A stretch of 64,000 nucleotides of DNA. Source: Cyanophora paradoxa CCMP329. Taxonomy: Eukaryota > Plantae > Glaucophyta. This document shows positions 20,612 through 29,700 of this stretch, piece after piece. Made by a program: the position numbers and the translations under genes. The notes under the pieces are model-generated. The model made no database searches, was not told where the DNA came from, and worked only from the letters and a program-made list of their open reading frames with translations. The number at the start of each line of letters is the position of its first letter. The first letter of the stretch is position 1. The stretch covers positions 62,001 to 126,000 of the forward strand of contig QPMI01000160.1 of the NCBI GenBank assembly GCA_004431415.1, written 5' to 3'.

Positions 20612-21982
20612 ATGTCATCAAAGATCGTACGCAGACAAACAGAATATGATGTGAGTGTACTCCCTATCCCAATCCCTCAAGAAGAGAGAGGGGGGCGCAT
20701 ACAGAAAAAGAGTGACCTCAAAGCATTAGTTCCAGCAGACATCCCAACAGCAATTGCTGTGCCCCACTTGGATCCCTTAGCAAGGACATTCTATGACACC
20801 AAGGTAGGATTTAAAGGCCTTGCTTCATTGGCCAAAGAGCTTCCAGATGTGCCAAGAAAGACAATCCGTAGATTCTATGATGCCCAAGAAATCAACCAAA
20901 TAAATAAACCCCTCCCATCAGCCAAGAAGACTGCCTATATCCCCATAAGACAGCCACTCGATACATTCGCTATTGATTTAGTCTTCTTTCCCTCATACAG
21001 CAAACAGAATCAAGGCTACAACACGTTCCTCACAGCTGTAGAAAACACCACCAGACTGGGCTTTATTATTCCAATGAGGGGAAAGACAGCAGAAAGCACA
21101 TTGAACGCATTTAAGGAGCTTGAGCAACAAGTCCCTCGTCCAATTGTGAAGATACAAAGTGATGCTGGGAGCGAATTCCTGAACAAGGTATTTAAAGACC
21201 ATTTAGAAACCCAGATGATTGAGCACCAAGTTTCGCAGGTTGGAGATCACAATAGCCAAGGCCGAATAGAGGCCTTTAATCGCACAATAAAGAAGCTAAT
21301 TAACTCGTATTGTATAGCGAATAATACTGTAAAGTTTTTCGACAAGCTCCAAGATTTTGCCTACAACTACAATAATACCATCCACTCAGCAACAGGGATG
21401 AAACCAGCAGAGACCACAGAGGTACATGTTCCCCTCATACTCGCAAAAGAAAACGAGAAATTCATGAAGTCAATTGAATATCTAAAGGACTATCCAGCGG
21501 GAACCCACGTGAGAACTAAAATAGAGAAGGGTCCATTCGCCAAGCAGGGCAATAATTGGAGCCGCGAAATATTTACAATAGAAGGAGTGGAGGGGTTCAA
21601 GTTTAGATTGAGGGACATTGCCGGAAAAATGATTGATCGACTTTATGCCCACTACGAATTACAGAAAGTGGAAGCCGTGGAGTTTCTGGAAGCCCCATCA
21701 ATAAATGTCATTGAAGAGGCAAAGAAAGAGGCCAGAACAGAGCGACTGTTGGCCAGAGAGGGGATTGAGAGGGCTCCAAATGTGCCAGATAAACCATTAT
21801 TGGAGGACAGAGCAGGGAAGAAGAAGAAACAGGGGAGAGAGTTGGAGAGATTGAGGGTGGCGGGAACAGAGAGATTAGCAGGGGGAGCAGAGGCAGTAAG
21901 GTGGTATAGAGATTTCTCGAATTCAAAGGAGACCTATGAAGCTCCAGCAATTTCCACGAGATCAAGGAGGAGGGCAGGATGA
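20612..21982 (+). CDS. Retroviral-type (rve) DDE integrase, Polinton family
   Basis: FAIDL, IQSDAGSEF, IEAFNRTIK, YNNTIHSATGMKP, NWSREIFTI. Confidence 0.95.
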   Translation: MSSKIVRRQTEYDVSVLPIPIPQEERGGRIQKKSDLKALVPADIPTAIAVPHLDPLARTFYDTKVGFKGLASLAKELPDVPRKTIRRFYDAQEINQINKPLPSAKKTAYIPIRQPLDTFAIDLVFFPSYSKQNQGYNTFLTAVENTTRLGFIIPMRGKTAESTLNAFKELEQQVPRPIVKIQSDAGSEFLNKVFKDHLETQMIEHQVSQVGDHNSQGRIEAFNRTIKKLINSYCIANNTVKFFDKLQDFAYNYNNTIHSATGMKPAETTEVHVPLILAKENEKFMKSIEYLKDYPAGTHVRTKIEKGPFAKQGNNWSREIFTIEGVEGFKFRLRDIAGKMIDRLYAHYELQKVEAVEFLEAPSINVIEEAKKEARTERLLAREGIERAPNVPDKPLLEDRAGKKKKQGRELERLRVAGTERLAGGAEAVRWYRDFSNSKETYEAPAISTRSRRRAG

Positions 21983-22066
21983 GACATCTGTAAAGGTTGT
22001 TAAGGATTGTTAAGATTGTTAAGATTGTAAAGGGTGTAAAGGGTGTAAAGGGTGTAAAGGGTGTAA

Positions 22067-22200
22067 GGGTGAACGGGGTGAACTGGGTGAACGGGGTGAA
22101 CGGGGTGAACGGGGTGAACGGGTTGTTTGTATAAATTCCCGTGAGAAGGCATTTTTCCTAAGAAAATATACAAACAACCCGTTCACCCCATTCACCCTGC
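22067..22200. promoter_or_regulatory. Iteron-bearing palindrome B, inverted homologue of palindrome A
   Basis: GGGGTGAAC x~6, stem GGGTTGTTTGTATA/TATACAAACAACCC. Its reverse complement aligns with ~13823-13930. Confidence 0.6.
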
Positions 22201-22320
22201 TGATGCCAAACTCATGTGTTCAATACCCCAGAGGGGGCCAACATACTGGTGCCCAAAAGACATGATTAATACCCTAAGACCTGAAATAAATGCTTACTAC
22301 CCTAGTACCTGAAACGCGCA

Positions 22321-22393
22321 CACATAGGGATACCCCTGATCCAAGCCTGTAGGCCGAAGGCCGGAGGGCTTGGATCAGGGGTATCCCTATGTG
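22321..22393. repeat. Subterminal perfect 27-bp hairpin
   Basis: CACATAGGGATACCCCTGATCCAAGCC (22321-22347) is the exact reverse complement of 22367-22393. The loop contains GGCCGAAGGCC. Confidence 0.95.
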
Positions 22394-23443
22394 TTGCGCA
22401 CTCCGGATCCGACAGCGGTTTCGTAAACGAGCAGAGGCCCTGCGTGCAGCCGGAGGTCAGAGTGCCAGTGCAGTTGCGAGCGGTTGCGACGCCGACACTG
22501 GCGGGAAATGGACGCACGAACGACCCCTCGCCCTTTTCGGCCGCCCGATTGTCCGCTGGGCGGATCGCGGCGTCGTACCGTGGCGTCCCGTCCCGTTCGT
22601 CCTGTGAGCAATTCATCCTTTTAACACAGAAATATTTGAGCGCCGCGGGCCGCCGCGAGATCCGGTCAGACCTCGAAGTGGAGCGGGTAGAGGGCGACGG
22701 GAACGGTGACCGGCAGGGTGCCACGGAAAACCGAGAACTCGGCTTGCGACGCGGGAATGGTCACGCCCTCGATCGTCAGGAAGGACGGGACCTGACTTCG
22801 TCTTAGAGCGCGCATTGACAGGCGAAGAAAAGAAATTTGTGCCGCGCCTGGATGGCGTAGCTGATTCCGACGGCAAAAGCGAGGCGAGAGACCAGATGGA
22901 AATTGACGGAAACATTGTTCGCCGCGAGGAGCCGGCATTTGGCGCACCGCCAACTGACCCTGCCGCCGCGCGTGAGCGAAGGCGCCGGTCGAGAATGCCC
23001 CCGGGAGTCCACGAACAAGCAGGTGCGGCGTGCTGCGTTGAAGCTCGTCGCCGTGGTCGGGCCTGCCTCGCCATCGAGCGGCCCGATACCGGAAACCCAT
23101 ACGCTGATTCCCGCACGCCCGTTGAAGCGCGTCGCGTTGGAGGACTTTCCGCTCTGCACCACTTGACACGGGCCTGCATCAAATTAGCCGATTCCGTCAA
23201 GTCCCGCACAACCCCATTAATTAATAATATTATCGAACCAGCGAAGCCGGCGAAGGATGCAGAGACGTTGAAGGGGCCGGATATGTCGTTGGCCGAGGGC
23301 GAGGCGCCAGGCTGCAGCGTCTGGATGATGTTGTAGTTCGCGACGCTCTGTCGAGGGGGATCCGGATCCGTGTCGTCAGAAATCAGAAATAAGAAATCAT
23401 CAGAAAAGATGATCCGTCGCCGTGGTCGGGCCTGCCTCGCCTG

Positions 23444-24983
23444 CATCAAACAGGCGATTTTGTAGGCTCAGCCTGTCGCAAATGTAATCTTCACAGACGC
23501 ACCAGCAATCTCACCAAGATTCCCATAGTGACCAATGATCTGTCCCTATCTGGAACGCAGATATTCAAGGCAGTCGCCTTAAATCCCGAAAAAAGGGTGG
23601 AAGTCCTCGCGAAATCGTTTGACAACTACATGTCGATCACATGGGGGTGCTTTAAGTTCATTGACATCAAAAACTTTATTGATTATGGTGTCCAGAACGT
23701 GGAAGGATTAATGGAAAAGTTCCAGCTATTTCGCCAGAAATCCCACAAGACCTATGGAATGGATGCTGCCCACTATGTCTCAAGTCCTGGCCTTTCGTGG
23801 GACAGCATGCTATCGATCACCAAGCCCAAAATCGAACTCCTCTCCAACCTTGATATGTACAACATGATTGAAGGCATGATCAGGGGAGGCCTTTCGATTA
23901 TGAATCATAAATATGCCAGAGCTGAAAATGACAGCCACATTATCTATTTGGACGCCAATAACCTATATGGATATGCCCTGTCCCAAAAGCTACCCTGTCT
24001 AATTTCCAATGGCACCCAGAACCCTCAAATTACGACCTGTCATCAGCAGGTGGTGCTGTACTGGAGGTGGACATTCATTATCCCCAGCACCTCCATGAAC
24101 TCCACAAAGAACTGCCTCTTGTCATCAGGAGAACAGAAGATGGGCTACAAGCAGCCTGCCAAGACATTTCCAACTACGTAATATCAAAACCATTGCTCCA
24201 ATTCATGGTAGCACAAGGCTTAAAGGTCACCAAAATCCACAGGGTGCTGACATTTACTCAGGCTGCTTTCATGAAGCCCTACGTCAAATCTAATGCCCAA
24301 AACCGCAGAGAAGCCGCCTCCAAACCCGAAAAGGACTTCTTTAAAATCATGAACAACAGCCTTTTCGGCAAAACCATTGAGAAAGTGAGGGGAAGGTCGA
24401 ATGTCAAGATTGCCACCAACGAAAAGCAATTTATGAAATATGCCAGATCCCACTTCTCAAAGCCGAAACCAGGCTTAGTGATTCAGCAGTAGCCTTCGAA
24501 ATGCTACAGAAAGACGTCAAGCTGGACAAGCCCATAGCAATTGGGGCAGTTGTTTTAGATCTTGCCAAGCTACGCCTATTTGATTATTATTATAGCACCA
24601 TCAAGCGCAAGTGGCCAGACTGTAAGCTACTATTTACTGATACGGATTCTTTCTGCCTTTCAATAAATTCCACAACCATCCAACAGGATCTACAAGACAT
24701 TGACACACACCCCACAGAGCTTGGGAAGTTCAAAAATGAGTTTGAGGGCAGAACCATTACAGAATATGCTGGTGTGAGGCCGAAATGCTACAGCATTAAA
24801 ACAGATGATGAGGAAATCAAAAAGCTGGCTGGTGTTTGTAAGGAGACCATTCAAACAGATCTGTCTTTCCAAGATTATAAAGACCATGTGCTCCACCAAA
24901 AACCCAAGCAAATCGAAATGACTGTCCAAAAGAAGCTTGAAAATGAGACCTTCAATGTGAAGATGTCAAAGATTGCTTTCTAA
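23444..24983 (+). pseudogene. 5'-truncated pPolB copy
   Basis: Begins mid-gene at the duplication junction; frameshifts near 23993 and 24448. Confidence 0.9.
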
Positions 24984-24994
24984 TCTCAATATAG

Positions 24995-26365
24995 ATGTCA
25001 TCAAAGATCGTACGCAGACAAACAGAATATGATGTGAGTGTACTCCCTATCCCAATCCCTCAAGAAGAGAGAGGGGGGCGCATACAGAAAAAGAGTGACC
25101 TCAAAGCATTAGTTCCAGCAGACATCCCAACAGCAATTGCTGTGCCCCACTTGGATCCCTTAGCAAGGACATTCTATGACACCAAGGTAGGATTTAAAGG
25201 CCTTGCTTCATTGGCCAAAGAGCTTCCAGATGTGCCAAGAAAGACAATCCGTAGATTCTATGATGCCCAAGAAATCAACCAAATAAATAAACCCCTCCCA
25301 TCAGCCAAGAAGACTGCCTATATCCCCATAAGACAGCCACTCGATACATTCGCTATTGATTTAGTCTTCTTTCCCTCATACAGCAAACAGAATCAAGGCT
25401 ACAACACGTTCCTCACAGCTGTAGAAAACACCACCAGACTGGGCTTTATTATTCCAATGAGGGGAAAGACAGCAGAAAGCACATTGAACGCATTTAAGGA
25501 GCTTGAGCAACAAGTCCCTCGTCCAATTGTGAAGATACAAAGTGATGCTGGGAGCGAATTCCTGAACAAGGTATTTAAAGACCATTTAGAAACCCAGATG
25601 ATTGAGCACCAAGTTTCGCAGGTTGGAGATCACAATAGCCAAGGCCGAATAGAGGCCTTTAATCGCACAATAAAGAAGCTAATTAACTCGTATTGTATAG
25701 CGAATAATACTGTAAAGTTTTTCGACAAGCTCCAAGATTTTGCCTACAACTACAATAATACCATCCACTCAGCAACAGGGATGAAACCAGCAGAGACCAC
25801 AGAGGTACATGTTCCCCTCATACTCGCAAAAGAAAACGAGAAATTCATGAAGTCAATTGAATATCTAAAGGACTATCCAGCGGGAACCCACGTGAGAACT
25901 AAAATAGAGAAGGGTCCATTCGCCAAGCAGGGCAATAATTGGAGCCGCGAAATATTTACAATAGAAGGAGTGGAGGGGTTCAAGTTTAGATTGAGGGACA
26001 TTGCCGGAAAAATGATTGATCGACTTTATGCCCACTACGAATTACAGAAAGTGGAAGCCGTGGAGTTTCTGGAAGCCCCATCAATAAATGTCATTGAAGA
26101 GGCAAAGAAAGAGGCCAGAACAGAGCGACTGTTGGCCAGAGAGGGGATTGAGAGGGCTCCAAATGTGCCAGATAAACCATTATTGGAGGACAGAGCAGGG
26201 AAGAAGAAGAAACAGGGGAGAGAGTTGGAGAGATTGAGGGTGGCGGGAACAGAGAGATTAGCAGGGGGAGCAGAGGCAGTAAGGTGGTATAGAGATTTCT
26301 CGAATTCAAAGGAGACCTATGAAGCTCCAGCAATTTCCACGAGATCAAGGAGGAGGGCAGGATGA
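24995..26365 (+). CDS. rve integrase, second identical copy
   Basis: 456-aa translation identical to 20612-21982. Confidence 0.93.
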   Translation: MSSKIVRRQTEYDVSVLPIPIPQEERGGRIQKKSDLKALVPADIPTAIAVPHLDPLARTFYDTKVGFKGLASLAKELPDVPRKTIRRFYDAQEINQINKPLPSAKKTAYIPIRQPLDTFAIDLVFFPSYSKQNQGYNTFLTAVENTTRLGFIIPMRGKTAESTLNAFKELEQQVPRPIVKIQSDAGSEFLNKVFKDHLETQMIEHQVSQVGDHNSQGRIEAFNRTIKKLINSYCIANNTVKFFDKLQDFAYNYNNTIHSATGMKPAETTEVHVPLILAKENEKFMKSIEYLKDYPAGTHVRTKIEKGPFAKQGNNWSREIFTIEGVEGFKFRLRDIAGKMIDRLYAHYELQKVEAVEFLEAPSINVIEEAKKEARTERLLAREGIERAPNVPDKPLLEDRAGKKKKQGRELERLRVAGTERLAGGAEAVRWYRDFSNSKETYEAPAISTRSRRRAG

Positions 26366-26449
26366 GACATCTGTAAAGGTTGTTAAGGATTGTTAAGATT
26401 GTTAAGATTGTAAAGGGTGTAAAGGGTGTAAAGGGTGTAAAGGGTGTAA

Positions 26450-26785
26450 GGGTGAACGGGGTGAACTGGGTGAACGGGGTGAACGGGGTGAACGGGGTGA
26501 ACGGGTTGTTTGTATAAATTCCCGTGAGAAGGCATTTTTCCTAAGAAAATATACAAACAACCCGTTCACCCCATTCACCCTGCTGATGCCAAACTCATGT
26601 GTTCAATACCCCAGAGGGGGCCAACATACTGGTGCCCAAAAGACATGATTAATACCCTAAGACCTGAAATAAATGCTTACTACCCTAGTACCTGAAACGC
26701 GCACACATAGGGATACCCCTGATCCAAGCCTGTAGGCCGAAGGCCGGAGGGCTTGGATCAGGGGTATCCCTATGTGTTGCGCACT
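26450..26785. repeat. Duplicated element right end (palindrome B, 27-bp hairpin 26704-26776, CT terminus)
   Basis: Copy of 22067-22402. Confidence 0.93.
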
Positions 26786-29700
26786 CCGGATCCGACAGCG
26801 GTTTCGTAAACGAGCAGAGGCCCTGCGTGCAGCCGGAGGTCAGAGTGCCAGTGCAGTTGCGAGCGGTTGCGACGCCGACACTGGCGGGAAATGGACGCAC
26901 GAACGACCCCTCGCCCTTTTCGGCCGCCCGATTGTCCGCTGGGCGGATCGCGGCGTCGTACCGTGGCGTCCCGTCCCGTTCGTCCTGTGAGCAATTCATC
27001 CTTTTAACACAGAAATATTTGAGCGCCGCGGGCCGCCGCGAGATCCGGTCAGACCTCGAAGTGGAGCGGGTAGAGGGCGACGGGAACGGTGACCGGCAGG
27101 GTGCCACGGAAAACCGAGAACTCGGCTTGCGACGCGGGAATGGTCACGCCCTCGATCGTCAGGAAGGACGGGACCTGACTTCGTCTTAGAGCGCGCATTG
27201 ACAGGCGAAGAAAAGAAATTTGTGCCGCGCCTGGATGGCGTAGCTGATTCCGACGGCAAAAGCGAGGCGAGAGACCAGATGGAAATTGACGGAAACATTG
27301 TTCGCCGCGAGGAGCCGGCATTTGGCGCACCGCCAACTGACCCTGCCGCCGCGCGTGAGCGAAGGCGCCGGTCGAGAATGCCCCCGGGAGTCCACGAACA
27401 AGCAGGTGCGGCGTGCTGCGTTGAAGCTCGTCGCCGTGGTCGGGCCTGCCTCGCCATCGAGCGGCCCGATACCGGAAACCCATACGCTGATTCCCGCACG
27501 CCCGTTGAAGCGCGTCGCGTTGGAGGACTTTCCGCTCTGCACCACTTGACACGGGCCTGCATCAAATTAGCCGATTCCGTCAAGTCCCGCACAACCCCAT
27601 TAATTAATAATATTATCGAACCAGCGAAGCCGGCGAAGGATGCAGAGACGTTGAAGGGGCCGGATATGTCGTTGGCCGAGGGCGAGGCGCCAGGCTGCAG
27701 CGTCTGGATGATGTTGTAGTTCGCGACGCTCTGTCGAGGGGGATCCGGATCCGTGTCGTCAGAAATCAGAAATAAGAAATCATCAGAAAAGATGAGACGG
27801 AAGATCTAGAGACAATAATTGTGGACGCACGAATTGCAGGATGACGTAGCCGGCGGCAATGATCGCCAGTCCGATTCCGATAATCGTGAATGCCACGCCT
27901 GATTGATCGCGTGTTTAGGGAATATGTATGCGATAATTACCAAAACACACCGAAGATAGTCGTCTGCTTCTCTTCCTCTTCATTAAGCTTGGCCGCTTCT
28001 TTCAGATCAGCTCTCAGCTTCGCTTGAGCGGAAGCGGACAAGTCGTCCGCGCCCGCCAATTTGGCCGCGTTGACCATCTTGGCCTCGAGCTTCTTGAGAG
28101 TAATGTCGATGAGCTTCTTGTACAGCTTGTCCAATTTCGTAATCTGCGCAAGCCCGCCGAGTATTTGTAAGCTGGCAAGTTCGAAGCCGGGCCCAAATTG
28201 AAACAGTCTAGATCTGGCTCACCCGCGCAATGCGGTACTCCTTGAGCTCTTCGCCCGTAAGGTTGAGCTTGCGCTCTGATCTCAAAATTGGAAGCACCTT
28301 ACCCACACACATGTTATACTCTCGGAATTGGAAATGCGCAGAAAACAAAAAAGCACGAGAAGCACAGACCTTCAAGTAACAGCAGATGAGAACTCCAGCC
28401 ATGATAAGCGCAAACCCGACGCACGCCACTAAGAGAGCAAAGATCTGCGCGCGGCGGCCAGCTTCAATGCATGTGCGAAATTCCGAAGTCCGAGAAATTA
28501 AATCGCTCTGCGCACCAGATTCAAGCGCTTCTCTGCGTATTCTTCCGTGCGAATTTCCTGCACCAATCTCACGGTTCTCGCACTTCGAATTCAGAGTTCA
28601 GCACTGGCCATGGCGCCACGCACCGCTCGCGTGATGTTTGCCGTGTTTGTGTCGTAGGTAACGTTCTCGCTGATGAACCGCATTTCCGAGTTCTCGCTGG
28701 AAATCTGCCTGAAGAAATCGCTCGCGCCCGACAGCTTCCGTCCTGACCGCGCGCGCAGCCCGCGCCTCGCGGCGGGCGCGCCGGAGGCCGACGTCGACCC
28801 GCCGTCCAACGCGGCGAGCGCCTCGGCGATCCGCTCGGCGATGAACGCTTTGAAGTCCGTCACGTCCATCGGCTCGGACGTGGCGATCGGGCACAGCTGC
28901 GTCGACGAGCAGGGCGCACAGGCGCTGGAGCCTTCTGCCGCTGCGAACGTGCCGGAAGGGCTGCGCTCGAGAATGAGGTGCGCTCGCTGCTTGAGATGCG
29001 AGACTTTTCGCGCGCGTGCGTGCGCACCAAGGCTCGCAGTAGGGCATGGAATGATTTCGGAACGTTCCCTTCGCGCAAATCTGCGGCAGTGCACGGTCAA
29101 GCGGCGCGGCGCGGCGCCTCACACACCGGCGCTCGCTTGCCTCGCAGAAGGTCTGGGACTCGTCCGACTGCGCGAATGAAATGAGCCCCGTCAAAGTTAG
29201 TCTCAAACAGGGGGACATCGAAGCCTGCCAATCGCCTTAATGAGCGCACCACGTATCCTACCAAGCTGCAAAATGTTAGGAATGCGTCAATGATCATCGG
29301 ATATTTGGAAGAAGCAGTACGGTGTAAGAGAAGTACACATGCGCACCAGTCCGTGCATCCCGTAGACCCGGCTTGAGAGATGGTGTTGATCGCGCAAGGA
29401 AGGCACTCCTCGCTGCTGGCCGGCAGGAACTTCGACGGCGGGCACGGGACGCACTGCCTGCGGCCCTCGTCCGCGACTGCGCCCGCCGGGCAGCGCCTAC
29501 AGCTTGAGTCTGCACACAAAGAAAACCGGTCTGAGGCACCACACGAAGCGAGCTCGAGTGTCGGGGCGCGCACCGCCGGCGGACGAGATGGTGAGCGGCG
29601 GGCACGGGACGCAGAAGCCGCCACTAGGGAACGTTCCGGCAGCGCAATCTGCAGCCCGGGTACGTATATTGGCAAAATTTTATTTCGAACGGCGGAAGAG

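Larger units (their letters stand above)
1..22402. mobile_element. Endogenous Polinton-like virus / Maverick-type element (left end outside window)
   Basis: Compact intron-less gene set (MCP, two pentons, A32 ATPase, pPolB, rve integrase, primase-helicase). Lower GC than the flank, with an abrupt switch to GC-rich intron-containing DNA after ...GCGCACT at 22402 (CT-3' end as in Polintons). Confidence 0.92.
23444..27795 (+). repeat. Tandem segmental duplication of 19059-23412 (pPolB 3' part, integrase, element end, 1 kb host flank)
   Basis: Near identical at offset 4385 falling to 4383. The differences I found are two single-C deletions and one substitution. Confidence 0.97.

Noticed and set aside
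22030-22066. Telomere / chromosome end
   Set aside because: Only four GGGTGTAAA units, internal to the element and not a recognised telomeric repeat.
23444-27795. Second independent virus insertion
   Set aside because: Starts mid-pPolB and includes the same host flank, so it is a segmental duplication.
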